A model generated the notes under the pieces. It saw nothing but the letters and a program-made list of their open reading frames with translations, was not told the DNA's origin and did not search any database. This document shows positions 1 to 9,648 of a DNA stretch of 54,807 nucleotides, in pieces. This DNA comes from Candidatus Aminicenantes bacterium. GTDB taxonomy: Bacteria > Acidobacteriota > Aminicenantia > Aminicenantales > Aminicenantaceae. The stretch is from the NCBI GenBank assembly GCA_046538375.1, contig JBKHJA010000002.1, positions 1 through 54,807 of the forward strand. Direction: 5' to 3'. Each line of letters starts with the position of its first letter. The first letter of the stretch is position 1. Made by a program: the position numbers and the translations under genes.

Positions 1-52
1 AGATTTGCACCAGCTTTTGAAATTTCTTTCCTGCTCTTTGGGCATCGTCCAT
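1..52 (-). CDS. 5' end (17 codons) of an unidentified gene that runs off the left edge
   Basis: Reverse strand reads GGGAGGAAGAT-ATG GAC GAT GCC CAA... (MDDAQRAGKKFQKLVQI). A strong Shine-Dalgarno lies 5 nt upstream of the ATG at 50-52. Too short to assign a family. Confidence 0.35.
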   Translation of the reverse strand, partial: MDDAQRAGKKFQKLVQI

Positions 53-195
53 ATCTTCCTCCCTTGAATTATTACAAAGAATATTGTAATATTTTTTATC
101 AATTCAAAAAAGCTATCAGGTAGCATTTGAGGCACTTCAACTCCTTCGATGATACAAAAATTTAGCCTCTTTTCACCTGAAATCAGGTGGGTAAG

Positions 196-522
196 ATGAA
201 AAATAAAGAAAAAAATAATAAAGATAAGACTAAACAAGAAAAAAAAGATAAAACACAAGAGGTAGTCCCTCCTCTTGATTTCAGCTCATTAGTCCTTCCT
301 TTCTATACCCAGGCGCTGATCAAGCTAGGTCTAACCAAGGATCCTTTGTCAGATAAGGAAGAAGTGAATTTGGATTTGGCCAAAAGGCTGATTGATTTGC
401 TGGATCTTTTGAATCAGCGAACTAAAGGCAACTTGAAACCAGAAGAAGAGAAATTTTTGAGTTCCTGTCTCCAGCAGCTCAAATTGAGCTACATGGAAAA
501 AGCAAGAATCATCAAATTATGA
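196..522 (+). CDS. DUF1844-like small protein
   Basis: K/E-rich N-terminus followed by the core FSSLVLPFYTQALIKLGL, which I recognise as DUF1844. AGGTGG lies 7 nt before ATG 196; the track ORF starts at GTG 187. Confidence 0.7.
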   Translation: MKNKEKNNKDKTKQEKKDKTQEVVPPLDFSSLVLPFYTQALIKLGLTKDPLSDKEEVNLDLAKRLIDLLDLLNQRTKGNLKPEEEKFLSSCLQQLKLSYMEKARIIKL

Positions 523-526
523 CTTC

Positions 527-1459
527 ATGAAAATCATTGAAGGATTTGAGACCCTTCCTCCTGCTTCTCGACAAACGGCAGTCGCCATCGGCAATTTCGA
601 CGGGATTCACATCGGCCATAAAAAGATATTGGAGTTTCTTTCTCATAAAGCCCGTCAATCGGGATTTATTTCCGTGGTCCTCACCTTCTCTCCTCATCCA
701 GAAAAAATTCTGGGCAAAAAAAGGGTGAAGATGATTCAGACTATGGAGCAGAGATTGGAGGAGATCGAAAAATATGGAATTCAAATCGCCTTTGTCATTC
801 CTTTTGACAAAAAATTCTCTGCCCTCTCTGGCCAGGATTTTATCCAGAAGATTTTGATCGATTCTCTCCAGGCAAAAGTGGTGGTGGTGGGCGAAGATTT
901 CCATTTCGGCAGGAACCGCGGCGGAGACATATCTCTTCTCCAGCACATCTCCTCTGCGTTTGGACTTAAAGTCTTTTCTCTACCTTCGGTCACCAAAGAC
1001 GGAATGGTGGTGAGCAGCAGCCTCATCCGGAATCTTCTTCAAAAAGGAGAAACCAGAAAAGCCAACGCCCTTCTAGGCAGGAATTACAGGATAGATGGAA
1101 AGCTCATAAAAGAAAAATCAGGGAGGCAAATCCTGGGATTTAAGCCTGCAAACATCCGATCAGAAAATGAGATTGTTCCTCCAGGAGTATTCATTACCAA
1201 AGTGGTCCATGGGTCCAAAGTTTTTCCTTCCTTGATCAGCACCCCCCACTTCCCTGCTTCAAATCAAAAGGAAATAAAAATAGAAGCATACATCCAGAAT
1301 TTCCATCAGAATCTCTACCAAAAAAAAATCAGAATCTATTTTATGAAGAAAATCAGGGAAAAAATAAAATATGGCTCGTCCGAAGATATTTCCCAACAGA
1401 TCAGAAAAAACATAGATAAAGCCAAGAAATATTTTGCCACAGCACATCCTGAAAACTAA
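527..1459 (+). CDS. ribF: bifunctional riboflavin kinase / FAD synthetase
   Basis: GNFDGIHIGH nucleotidyltransferase motif near the N-terminus and a C-terminal riboflavin-kinase-like half. Length is 310 aa. Confidence 0.9.
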   Translation: MKIIEGFETLPPASRQTAVAIGNFDGIHIGHKKILEFLSHKARQSGFISVVLTFSPHPEKILGKKRVKMIQTMEQRLEEIEKYGIQIAFVIPFDKKFSALSGQDFIQKILIDSLQAKVVVVGEDFHFGRNRGGDISLLQHISSAFGLKVFSLPSVTKDGMVVSSSLIRNLLQKGETRKANALLGRNYRIDGKLIKEKSGRQILGFKPANIRSENEIVPPGVFITKVVHGSKVFPSLISTPHFPASNQKEIKIEAYIQNFHQNLYQKKIRIYFMKKIREKIKYGSSEDISQQIRKNIDKAKKYFATAHPEN

Positions 1460-1540
1460 TCGGATCTCTTCACCGATTGATACTCTCTTTCCTCTCCTCT
1501 GGTGATTCCATGTGCAGCCCCGGCACTGACGTTTCTGACG

Positions 1541-1582
1541 CCCCCCATCCCTCACCCCTATCACGGAAATAGAAATACTTAC
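1541..1582 (+). repeat. intergenic repeat family, copy A (CCCCCCATCCCTCACCCCTATCACGGAAATAGAAATAC)
   Basis: Shares the CCCTCACCCC + TATCACGGAAAT-GA-AT-C core with loci at 7357, 9527, 26007 and 45681. Lies between ribF and pyrR, about 25 nt upstream of TTGACA at 1604-1609. Confidence 0.7.
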
Positions 1583-1708
1583 GAACGACTAGACTGTCTT
1601 TTCTTGACATTTTTTCTTCAATGTTGCATTTTCATAGGGAAAGAAAAGCCATTTATGACCCGGGCTGGGTCATCATGGAGCAACTGATTCCCGTTCAGGA
1701 GTGGATTC

Positions 1709-2263
1709 ATGGAAGAAAAAATCAAAGCCAGGATTATGGACACCCGCAAGATCAAGAGAGTCCTGCATCGGATGACCACAGAAATCATCGAACGCAACCG
1801 CAATTTGAAAAATGTGGTTATCATCGGGATAAGGACCCGCGGCATCTATTTAGGGAAAAGGATCTCCAATTTGATAAAAAAATTAGAGAATATAGAAATC
1901 CCTGTCGGGGTTTTGGACATCACTCTCTACCGGGATGACTTTTCCGAGCTGGAAGCTCAGCATATGGTGAAAAAAACGGAAATAAATTTTTCTGTTACCG
2001 AAAAAGATGTGCTTCTGGTGGATGATGTGCTGTTCACAGGCAGAACCATCCGAGCTGCCATGGACAGTTTGATTGACCTGGGACGTCCCAAAACCATCCA
2101 GCTTTTGGTCCTCATTGACCGCGGCCACAGGGAACTCCCCATAAGAGCAGATTATGTGGGAAAGTTTCTTCCTACCTCAAAACGGGAACTGGTCCAGGTC
2201 CGATTAAAAGAAATCGATGAAATCGATGAGGTCTTGATTACAGAACCAGTAGGGATAAAATAG
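1709..2263 (+). CDS. pyrR: bifunctional pyrimidine operon regulator / uracil phosphoribosyltransferase
   Basis: PRPP-binding loop VLLVDDVLFTGRT. Length is 184 aa. AGGAG SD present. Directly precedes pyrB-pyrC. Confidence 0.9.
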   Translation: MEEKIKARIMDTRKIKRVLHRMTTEIIERNRNLKNVVIIGIRTRGIYLGKRISNLIKKLENIEIPVGVLDITLYRDDFSELEAQHMVKKTEINFSVTEKDVLLVDDVLFTGRTIRAAMDSLIDLGRPKTIQLLVLIDRGHRELPIRADYVGKFLPTSKRELVQVRLKEIDEIDEVLITEPVGIK

Positions 2264-2272
2264 GAGAAAAAA

Positions 2273-3211
2273 TTGCCTTTCCATCACAAACATCTGTTAG
2301 GGATTCAACAGCTTGCTGCTTCTGACATACTGACCATCCTGGAAGCAGCGGAATCATTTTATGAGATATCTACCCGGGAAGTAAAAAAAGTTCCCACTCT
2401 TAGAGGAAAAACCGTCATCAACCTCTTCTTTGAACCAAGCACCAGAACCAGAAGTTCATTTGAGTTGGCAGCCAAGAGATTGAGTGCAGATACCGTCAAT
2501 TTCAACAGGCTGGCCAGCAGCGTGGTTAAAGGAGAAAGCTTGAAAGATACCATATTGAATTTGGAAGCCATGAATCCTGAAGCTATCATCGTCAGGCATT
2601 CTGCAGCCGGTGCTCCCCGGTTCATCAGCACTTTCTGCCGTTCTCACATCATCAATGCTGGTGATGGTCCTCATGAACATCCCACCCAGGCTCTCCTGGA
2701 TGCTTTCACCATCAGACAGGAAAAGAAAAATTTTAAAGATCTGAAAGTGGTTATCGTTGGAGACATACTCCATAGTCGAGTGGCCCGATCCAACATTTTT
2801 TGTCTGAACAAACTAGGGGCCAAGGTAACACTCTCTGGCCCTCCTCCTCTGCTTCCTGAAGAATTTAAGGAATTTGGGGTGGATATCGATTTCAATTTTG
2901 ATCGGGCTGTCCAGAACGCCGATGTGATCATGATGTTAAGAATCCAGTTAGAGAGACAGCATAAAAACTACTTTCCTTCTATCAGAGAATACAGAAATCT
3001 CTACAGCTTGACTAAAAAAAGATACCGAAAAGCCAAAAGAAGTGCCATCATCATGCATCCAGGTCCTATAAACAGGGGCGTAGAAATCTCGGCAGATATG
3101 GCTGATTCCGCAAAATCGGTCATTCTCAGGCAGGCAGAAAACGGGATCGCTGTCAGAATGGCGGTTCTTTATCTTTTGCTAGGAGGAAAAGAGCGTGAGC
3201 TTACTGATTAA
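2273..3211 (+). CDS. pyrB: aspartate carbamoyltransferase catalytic subunit
   Basis: STRTR and HPTQ motifs. Length is 312 aa. TTG start 6 nt after AGGAG. Confidence 0.92.
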   Translation: MPFHHKHLLGIQQLAASDILTILEAAESFYEISTREVKKVPTLRGKTVINLFFEPSTRTRSSFELAAKRLSADTVNFNRLASSVVKGESLKDTILNLEAMNPEAIIVRHSAAGAPRFISTFCRSHIINAGDGPHEHPTQALLDAFTIRQEKKNFKDLKVVIVGDILHSRVARSNIFCLNKLGAKVTLSGPPPLLPEEFKEFGVDIDFNFDRAVQNADVIMMLRIQLERQHKNYFPSIREYRNLYSLTKKRYRKAKRSAIIMHPGPINRGVEISADMADSAKSVILRQAENGIAVRMAVLYLLLGGKERELTD

Positions 3212-4472
3212 AAACGGAAGAGTGATCGACCCGGCTTCAGGAAAAGATGAGACTTTAGATATCCTTATCCAAAAAGGAAAAATCAAGGCCATCAAACCAA
3301 AAATAGAAGCACATGACCAAAAAGTAATCGACGCTTCCCGGCTGGTGGTGGCCCCTGGATTTATCGATATGCATGTTCACCTTCGAGAACCAGGCCAGGA
3401 AGATAAAGAGACCATCCGGAGTGGTTCCCTTGCTGCAGCCAAGGGAGGTTTTACTTCTGTGGCCTGCATGCCCAACACGGCTCCGGTCAACGATACCCGA
3501 GGTGTCACCGAATATATTATCTCCGAAGCCAAGAGAAAAGCTGTGGTCAATGTCTTCCCTATAGCAGCGGTAAGCAGAAATCAAAAGGGGGACGAACTCA
3601 CCGACATGGCTGACCTTGAAGATGCTGGAGCAGTGGCCTTCTCCGATGACGGCCTCCCTGTCAAGACCAGCCATCTCATGCGTCGATCCTTGGAGTATTC
3701 CAGACTTTTAAACTCCCTCATCATCGATCATTGTGAAGACCGAAGCCTCACCCAGGATGGAGTCATGAATGAGGGCTATTCTTCCTATCTTTTTGGGCTC
3801 AAGGGAATGCCTGTCTCGGCTGAGGAAATCGTGGCAGCCCGGGACCTTATCCTGGCAGAAAGAGCTGGTGCCAGGATTCATATCGCCCATCTGAGCTGCC
3901 GAGGGGCAGTGGATATCGTAAAAAAAGCCAAGCAAAGGAAGGTCAGAGTCACCACGGAAGTAACTCCCCATCATCTGATACTGGATGATTCTTTCCTTGA
4001 AAGCTATGATACGAATTTGAAAGTCAATCCTCCTTTGAGAAGCAAACAGGATGTGGAAGCATTGATCAGGGCGGTAAAAGAAGGAATGGTGGATGTGTTG
4101 GTGACTGATCATGCCCCTCATACCGTTGATGAAAAGAACGTTGAATTTGATGAAGCCCCTTTTGGCATCAACGGTCTGGAAACAGCGGTTTCTCTGCTGC
4201 TGGACAAACTGGTCAACAGGAATATTATCTCTCTCTCAAAATTCATTGAAATGATATCCACCACTCCCGCCCGCCTCCTGGGATTAGAAAACAAGGGAAA
4301 AATTGAAGTGGGAGCAGATGCTGATCTGACCATTCTTAATCTGCATCGGCAGATAGTGGTGGATGTGGAAAAATTCAAATCCAAAAGCCGGAACAATCCC
4401 TTTCACGGCTGGAAATTGAGAGGAACGCCGGTCATGACCATCGTGAGGGGGAAAATAGTTTATTCAGAATAA
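3195..4472 (+). CDS. pyrC: dihydroorotase
   Basis: [10 protein letters not shown] metal-binding motif of an amidohydrolase, 425 aa. GTG start after AGGAGG, overlapping the pyrB end by 17 nt. Confidence 0.9.
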   Translation: MSLLIKNGRVIDPASGKDETLDILIQKGKIKAIKPKIEAHDQKVIDASRLVVAPGFIDMHVHLREPGQEDKETIRSGSLAAAKGGFTSVACMPNTAPVNDTRGVTEYIISEAKRKAVVNVFPIAAVSRNQKGDELTDMADLEDAGAVAFSDDGLPVKTSHLMRRSLEYSRLLNSLIIDHCEDRSLTQDGVMNEGYSSYLFGLKGMPVSAEEIVAARDLILAERAGARIHIAHLSCRGAVDIVKKAKQRKVRVTTEVTPHHLILDDSFLESYDTNLKVNPPLRSKQDVEALIRAVKEGMVDVLVTDHAPHTVDEKNVEFDEAPFGINGLETAVSLLLDKLVNRNIISLSKFIEMISTTPARLLGLENKGKIEVGADADLTILNLHRQIVVDVEKFKSKSRNNPFHGWKLRGTPVMTIVRGKIVYSE

Positions 4473-4479
4473 TCTCAAC

Positions 4480-5226
4480 ATGGAAGTCAGCTTATCTCCA
4501 TTGGAAAAAAAGATAGGGTACCGATTCAGAAACAAAAACATTCTCCTGCAGGCTCTCACTCACAGCTCTTATGCCTATGAAAATTATCAACATAACCGAT
4601 CTGATAATGAAGTGCTGGAGTTCCTGGGAGATTCTGTCCTGAGTTTGATCATCGCCGATTTCCTGTACAAGTCTTATCCCGATCTTTCCGAAGGCGAACT
4701 CTCAAAACTCAAATCAGCTGCTGCCAGCACCTCATCGCTCTCTTATTTCGCACAAAAGATAAGCCTGGACAAAAAACTGCTCCTTGGAAAAGGGGAAGAA
4801 AAAAGCGGGGGAAGAAAAAAGAAAACCATCTTGGCTGGAGCTTTTGAGGCTTTAATCGCCGCCATCTATCTTGACGGCGGTCTGCAGGCGGCCAAAAAGT
4901 TCACCTACACCCACCTCCGATTGCTATTCAAAAGAATCGATGTGGAAAAATTTTTTATCAATAATTATAAATCTGCTCTCCAAGAATACTTGCAAAGGGA
5001 AAACCTTCCTGCCCCTGATTATAAGACACTTACCACCAAAGGCCCAGATCACAAAAGGAGTTTTGTGGTGGAAGTCCTTTCTGAAGGCAAGCCTCTGGCT
5101 AAGGCCAAAGGACCTTCCAAGAAAAGTGCTGAAAAAAAAGCAGCTCAAAAAGCTCTAAAAAATCTTTTAGGAAAAAAAATGAAAGCTTTGACCACTGATA
5201 CATTCCTGTTGAAGAAAAAGAAATGA
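4480..5226 (+). CDS. rnc: ribonuclease III
   Basis: Signature NEVLEFLGDSVL and a C-terminal dsRNA-binding-like region with a K-rich tail. Length is 248 aa. Confidence 0.92.
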   Translation: MEVSLSPLEKKIGYRFRNKNILLQALTHSSYAYENYQHNRSDNEVLEFLGDSVLSLIIADFLYKSYPDLSEGELSKLKSAAASTSSLSYFAQKISLDKKLLLGKGEEKSGGRKKKTILAGAFEALIAAIYLDGGLQAAKKFTYTHLRLLFKRIDVEKFFINNYKSALQEYLQRENLPAPDYKTLTTKGPDHKRSFVVEVLSEGKPLAKAKGPSKKSAEKKAAQKALKNLLGKKMKALTTDTFLLKKKK

Positions 5227-5561
5227 TTGAATCCTATTCATTTGGTCGCATGGTGATCAACGGTCAAACCTTTACCTCTGACCTGATCATTTTTCCCCAC
5301 AGGATTAATCCTTCCTGGTGGCGAAAATCAGGCCATCGACTGTGTGTTGAGGATATCAAAGGTGTCCTGGACGAGAAACCTGAAGTCCTGGTAGTGGGGA
5401 CAGGATTTACTGGCCTGATGAAAGTGGAGGAAGAAGTCAAGCGGCTTGCACAGTCAAAAGAAATTCTGCTTATCATTGAAAAAACCAAGAAGGCTGTGCA
5501 AAAGTTTAATGAGCTTTCTTCCCAAAAGAAAACTGTAGGTGCTTTTCATCTGACTTGCTGA
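5223..5561 (+). CDS. Mth938-like (DUF498) domain protein
   Basis: Pattern YSFGRMVINGQTF..DLIIFP......PEVLVVGTG......AFHLTC is typical of the Mth938/NDUFAF3-like fold. ATGA overlap with the rnc stop. Confidence 0.75.
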   Translation: MIESYSFGRMVINGQTFTSDLIIFPHRINPSWWRKSGHRLCVEDIKGVLDEKPEVLVVGTGFTGLMKVEEEVKRLAQSKEILLIIEKTKKAVQKFNELSSQKKTVGAFHLTC

Positions 5562-5606
5562 CCGATTGATTCAGCCTTGCCCACTCTGGTATCATTTATA
5601 GTCAAC

Positions 5607-6305
5607 ATGGCTAAATGCGCGAAATGCAAAAAAAGGAAAGCCAAACGGTACTGCATCGCTCTGGGAGAATCTTTATGCAGTCTGTGTTGTGGTCTTTTGA
5701 GAGAAAAAGAGATCCACTGTCCTCCAGACTGCACTTTCCTCAAGCAGCATAAGCCTTATCAAGAAAAGAGGATGGTTGAAAAAAAAGCTCCCTCCTCACC
5801 TGAAAGAGATTTGACAGGAAAAGATATCCTCAATGACCAGAGAATGGCCTGGTTGGCTTTTCATATCGAAATGCCCCTTAAAGAAATGTCGGACAGAAAC
5901 ACACTTTTTACGGACAAGGATGCTGTGTTGGCTCTCCAATACGCAAAGGAAAAGCTAATCAAGGGAAAAGGAATTCTCCTCTTACCCTATGGTGAGATGG
6001 GTCCCAAGAACGAGGCAGGAGAAGCCATCTTCAAAAACATGGAAGAATGTCGCTACCAAAGAAAGGTCATCCTTCCAGGAGAAAAAGACACTTACAATCA
6101 ACAAGAAAAAATCGATTGTTTGGACAGAATCATTCTGTCTGTAAAATTCAAGGCCAAAGGCAACTTCGACGGGCACCGCTACCTCCAGAATCTCCGTCAG
6201 CGGTTTGACCGGCTGGAAGAATTATCCGGGGAGAAAAAAATCACTCCTTCTTCTGGTTTAAGAAACCTAGTCCTTACTCATGAGAACGGACACAAATTGA
6301 AGTGA
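5607..6305 (+). CDS. hypothetical protein with N-terminal Cys-rich (zinc-ribbon-like) segment
   Basis: MAKCAKCKKRKAKRYCIALGESLCSLCCGLLREKEIHCPPDC has 9 Cys in the first 42 aa, and the rest is hydrophilic. ATG 5607 is preferred over the TTG at 5577 used by the track. Confidence 0.6.
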   Translation: MAKCAKCKKRKAKRYCIALGESLCSLCCGLLREKEIHCPPDCTFLKQHKPYQEKRMVEKKAPSSPERDLTGKDILNDQRMAWLAFHIEMPLKEMSDRNTLFTDKDAVLALQYAKEKLIKGKGILLLPYGEMGPKNEAGEAIFKNMEECRYQRKVILPGEKDTYNQQEKIDCLDRIILSVKFKAKGNFDGHRYLQNLRQRFDRLEELSGEKKITPSSGLRNLVLTHENGHKLK

Positions 6306-7310
6306 AGGAATATTGCTGCACACAATCTTTATGATAGCGGCGATAGGCACTGCCAAAATCATCCCTGGAAGGCCCCACAGCCAGCCCCAGAAAAAAAGAG
6401 AAAAAAGCACTACCAGGGGACTCAATCCTAATCCCTGCCCCATAAGTCTGGGCTCCACGAAATTTCCCATGGTCATCTGGGTGATGCCAAGAATGAGCAG
6501 AATCCAAAAAGCGGGCCAAAGGGTATCAAACTGAAAAACAGCAATGGTCAAAGGAAGAGCAGTGGCAATTATAGAGCCAATATTGGGGATGTAATTGAGC
6601 AGGAAAGTCAAGAACCCGAAAACAATAGCAAAATCTACACCCAAAACCATCAACACCACGGTGGCTATCATTCCGGTAAAAAAGCTCACCACTGTTTTGA
6701 TGGCTAAATATCTTTGGATTTGGCTGTCTATATTCTGGATAACAGAGATAATCTTTGAACTTCGGCTCTCGCCGAACGATGTTTTTATCTTGTCCTTTGT
6801 CTTTCCCCGGCCAGCCAGGATGAACACCAGAAAAATGAAGATCAAAAAAAGGTTGGACATAAAAGAAAAAAAAGGACCTATGGAGGAAAGAAGAAATCCC
6901 CCTATCTTGTTCATATCGAACTGTCCCACCCAATCAAAGGGATCTCGCTCCATCCCAGAGAGCTTGAGCCTCTCTTGAAAAGAAGCCAAAATAGAGCTAA
7001 TCTTCTGCCCGTATTTTGGAAAATCAGAAGCAAAACCCTTACCGCTGGAGTAAAAAAGCATTCCCAGCAGATAAATGAGCAGAAATGTGATGATGAGAAT
7101 AAAAATAATGGAAATGGCCTTTGGAATCTTCCACCGGGTCAAAAAATCCAAGGCGGGAGAAAGCACAAAAGAGAGAAAGATGGCTAAGAAAAACGGAAAA
7201 AGAACAGGCTTGGCTAATTTGAGAACAAGACCAGTTATAAAAATAACAATGATGACCATAGAAGCAGTGGTGACTTTGGTTCCTTGCATGGAATCTCTCT
7301 GCTCCATCAT
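6267..7310 (-). CDS. AI-2E family (PerM/UPF0118) transporter
   Basis: Polytopic membrane protein of 347 aa with the LNYIPNIGSIIATALP motif typical of the family. Confidence 0.85.
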   Translation of the reverse strand: MMEQRDSMQGTKVTTASMVIIVIFITGLVLKLAKPVLFPFFLAIFLSFVLSPALDFLTRWKIPKAISIIFILIITFLLIYLLGMLFYSSGKGFASDFPKYGQKISSILASFQERLKLSGMERDPFDWVGQFDMNKIGGFLLSSIGPFFSFMSNLFLIFIFLVFILAGRGKTKDKIKTSFGESRSSKIISVIQNIDSQIQRYLAIKTVVSFFTGMIATVVLMVLGVDFAIVFGFLTFLLNYIPNIGSIIATALPLTIAVFQFDTLWPAFWILLILGITQMTMGNFVEPRLMGQGLGLSPLVVLFSLFFWGWLWGLPGMILAVPIAAIIKIVCSNIPSLQFVSVLMSKD

Positions 7311-7356
7311 TATAGTCTATTTAAGGTGAGAAATAAATCTTCAGCCGAACATGGTG

Positions 7357-7408
7357 GGCATCCTTATTTCCGCGATAGGAGTGAGGACCAGAAATGGAAT
7401 CTCACCCC
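7357..7408 (-). repeat. intergenic repeat family, copy E (degenerate)
   Basis: Minus strand reads TCCTCACTCCTATCGCGGAAATAAGGATGCC. It is followed on the plus strand by a partial second arm CCAGAAATGGAATCTCACCCC. GGAGTGAG...CTCACCCC can pair. Confidence 0.55.
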
Positions 7409-7429
7409 AATATTCACCTTAAAAGGCTA

Positions 7430-7457
7430 TTGACCACATCCTGATCATGCATAAAAT
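7430..7457 (+). promoter_or_regulatory. sigma70-like promoter candidate for the response-regulator/GGDEF gene
   Basis: TTGACC-N16-TAAAAT, about 75 nt upstream of ATG 7536. Confidence 0.35.
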
Positions 7458-7535
7458 CCAAGGTGGGAAAAATTGTGGAGAAAAAATCCATCTTATTCCA
7501 AACTAAATAAAACCTAAATTCCAGAAAGAAACGCC

Positions 7536-8492
7536 ATGAAAGTTCTCATAGCAGAAGACGAACTCATAGCCTGTCGAGAATTGGAGAAAAGCATCAGAGA
7601 CTGGGGATATGAAACGGTTATTGCCAAAAACGGCAAAGAGGCCTGGGAACGTGTAAAAACAGACGAAATTCGCTTAGCTGTTCTGGACTGGATGATGCCG
7701 GGAATGAACGGCGTGGAGCTTTGCCGCAAAATTCGTCAAGAATTTCAAGAAAAAAAATCCAAATATATATATATTATCCTTCTTACCGGGCGAGACCAGC
7801 AGGGAGATGTCATTACCGGTCTTTCCGCTGGAGCTGATGATTATATCACTAAGCCTTACAGCTTCCTTGAGCTGAAGATCCGTCTCCAGAATGGAGAACG
7901 TATCATCGAACTTGAAGACAACCGTCTCAAATTAGCCAGTTATGACAGTCTGACTAAATTGTGGAACAGAAACAAAATCCTGGATTTTTTCAAGGAAGAA
8001 CTCGAGCGCAGCCGCCGGGAAAATCAATCCACTGGCTTGATTATGATGGACATTGATCATTTCAAAAAAATCAATGATTCTTATGGTCATCACACCGGTG
8101 ATGTGGTGTTGGTGGAAGTGGCTCTCCGGCTGAAAAAATCAATCCGAAAATATGATAAAGTCGGCCGCTACGGAGGAGATGAGATGATTGTCGTTCTCCC
8201 CGACTGCAGCCAAGCCAGTGTGAGAAAGATTGCCCAAAGACTTCTTCAATGTATAGCAGAAGAAAAAATAAAAACAGAAAAAACTCCACTGGATGTGACC
8301 ATAAGTGCTGGAGGCGTTTCTTCAGATAATTTTCCTCTTGCTTCTAGCGAAGAACTCATTCAAGCCAGTGATAGAGCTCTTTATGCAGCAAAAGAGAAAG
8401 GGCGCAATTGTACAGTGATCTTAGATAATATCAACGCAGAAAAAACCAGGAGTTTGTGCAAAGCAGGTGCCTTTCACCAGAAGCATCACTAA
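7536..8492 (+). CDS. response regulator receiver + diguanylate cyclase (GGDEF-type)
   Basis: CheY-like N-terminus (VLIAEDE..., LAVLDWMMPGMNG). The C-terminal GGDEF domain has active-site variant GGDEM and an RxxD I-site (RKYD) 5 residues upstream. Confidence 0.88.
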   Translation: MKVLIAEDELIACRELEKSIRDWGYETVIAKNGKEAWERVKTDEIRLAVLDWMMPGMNGVELCRKIRQEFQEKKSKYIYIILLTGRDQQGDVITGLSAGADDYITKPYSFLELKIRLQNGERIIELEDNRLKLASYDSLTKLWNRNKILDFFKEELERSRRENQSTGLIMMDIDHFKKINDSYGHHTGDVVLVEVALRLKKSIRKYDKVGRYGGDEMIVVLPDCSQASVRKIAQRLLQCIAEEKIKTEKTPLDVTISAGGVSSDNFPLASSEELIQASDRALYAAKEKGRNCTVILDNINAEKTRSLCKAGAFHQKHH

Positions 8493-8545
8493 ATCTTTGA
8501 TGAAGAAACAATCAAAGTCATTGTTTTGGCCTTTTGGCATCAGGC

Positions 8546-9460
8546 TCAAGGAATAGGGCTGTTTTTTAGAGATGCCAGCAGGGTATCTAAATATCTTTTT
8601 CCCATCTCTTCATATCCATCTTTGATATTCACCACTCCGCAAAGGAAGTTTTCTACCCGGGCAAGATAAATATGATGATAATAGCTGTCTTTGAGATGAT
8701 ATCCACGGTCCATTTTTTTCTGGCTCCGCCCACTTTTGACTTCCAGATATCTCTCCAGCATGTTCTGGGCCTCCTGGGCATCTTCCCCTTCTATGAAAAA
8801 ACATTGAAAATCAGTTCCTTCAAATTCATAGTCGGCTAAATATCCATCGTGGAAAAATTCATATCCCATGAAGTTTTTCAAGATGAATTTTTCGCTGTTC
8901 AAAACGAGCCCTTGTTCAGGAAAACGCCTCACCAGATGCGGAAACTGGCCTTTCTCTTCGATCTTGTTCAAGAATTCTTTAGAAAAAAGCCGGAGAAATT
9001 TGTCTGACTTATCCTCACAATCAAAACAGAGCAATTTGATATAATATTTTCCTATCAGAAAATTCATAGCTCCTTCTTCCACATAACCCTGGGTGCCTGC
9101 AGAAACAAATTGAGCATCAGGAAACCGTTCTGCGCTGTAGATACCAAAAGAATTTTTTTCATTTCCCATATCATATATCTCCACAGAAACCGAAGCTGTT
9201 GTGTCCCTCTTCTTATACTGCCCTACCATCAGTTTCCTGAAATCATAGCTGAGGTATATCTCTGCAGCTCCGTCGATATATTCATAAAGTGTTTCAGGAA
9301 AATAAATTTGAGGCTCTTCTGAATATTCCCAGCCCTCCATATCAGGGAGAAGAGAAGACTGTTGGTCTTCAGCCCCAGAAACCCGATTCCCTGGAGAAAG
9401 ACAAAGAAAAAGAACCACCCAGAAAAAAATAATGGCTTTAGTGTACTTAACTATTTGCAT
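8546..9460 (-). CDS. secreted hypothetical protein (resembles the family I recall as DUF6599)
   Basis: N-terminal signal peptide (IIFFWVVLFLCLSPGNRVSGA) and the motif LYEYIDGAAEIYLSYDF. No catalytic motif recognised. Confidence 0.6.
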   Translation of the reverse strand: MQIVKYTKAIIFFWVVLFLCLSPGNRVSGAEDQQSSLLPDMEGWEYSEEPQIYFPETLYEYIDGAAEIYLSYDFRKLMVGQYKKRDTTASVSVEIYDMGNEKNSFGIYSAERFPDAQFVSAGTQGYVEEGAMNFLIGKYYIKLLCFDCEDKSDKFLRLFSKEFLNKIEEKGQFPHLVRRFPEQGLVLNSEKFILKNFMGYEFFHDGYLADYEFEGTDFQCFFIEGEDAQEAQNMLERYLEVKSGRSQKKMDRGYHLKDSYYHHIYLARVENFLCGVVNIKDGYEEMGKRYLDTLLASLKNSPIP

Positions 9461-9493
9461 CCTTCCATCTCCGTCCGCTTTTGATTTTCTCCT

Positions 9494-9522
9494 AATATAA
9501 TCTCAATGCATTCTTTTGACAA
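9494..9522 (-). promoter_or_regulatory. sigma70-like promoter candidate for the 8546-9460 gene
   Basis: Minus strand reads TTGTCA-N17-TATATT, 8 nt downstream of repeat copy C and about 33 nt before the ATG at 9460. Confidence 0.35.
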
Positions 9523-9526
9523 GACC

Positions 9527-9598
9527 GGAAGCATCTCTAATTCTGTGATATGGGGTGAGGGATGGATTTATACTCATCACAGTTTTGGAAATGCTCCC
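9527..9598. repeat. intergenic repeat family, copy C (palindromic unit)
   Basis: Left arm GGAAGCATCTCTAATTCTGTGATA plus TGGGGTGAGGGATGG. Right arm TCATCACAGTTTTGGAAATGCTCCC. The arms are imperfect inverted repeats, about 19 of 24 by hand. Confidence 0.7.
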
Positions 9599-9614
9599 AG
9601 TCAGTGGAAGCGGG

Positions 9615-9643
9615 TTGACAACCTCTGGCATGAAGAGTAATTT
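9615..9643 (+). promoter_or_regulatory. sigma70-like promoter candidate for the DUF362 gene
   Basis: TTGACA-N17-TAATTT. It is very close to the start codon (GTG 9649 / ATG 9658), so the transcript would have almost no leader. Confidence 0.3.
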
Positions 9644-9648
9644 TCTAG

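Noticed and set aside
71-90. Inverted repeat ATTACAA-N6-TTGTAAT in the divergent spacer at the left edge (possible operator)
   Set aside because: The arms are 7-bp and AT-only in an AT-rich spacer, so the repeat is easily expected by chance. No second copy was seen.
1460-1708. PyrR-binding attenuator upstream of pyrR
   Set aside because: I found no match to the UCCAGAGAGG-type binding loop; the closest, GUUCAGGAGUGG, has too many mismatches. The hairpin ATGACCC-GGGCT-GGGTCAT at 1655-1673 is not followed by a U-tract. I cannot support an attenuator by eye.
8493-8545. Bidirectional terminator between the convergent GGDEF and secreted-protein genes
   Set aside because: Only short AT-rich stems are present (CTTTGAT-N9-ATCAAAG at 8495-8517; AAACAAT-N7-ATTGTTT at 8506-8526). 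They are too weak to call with confidence.
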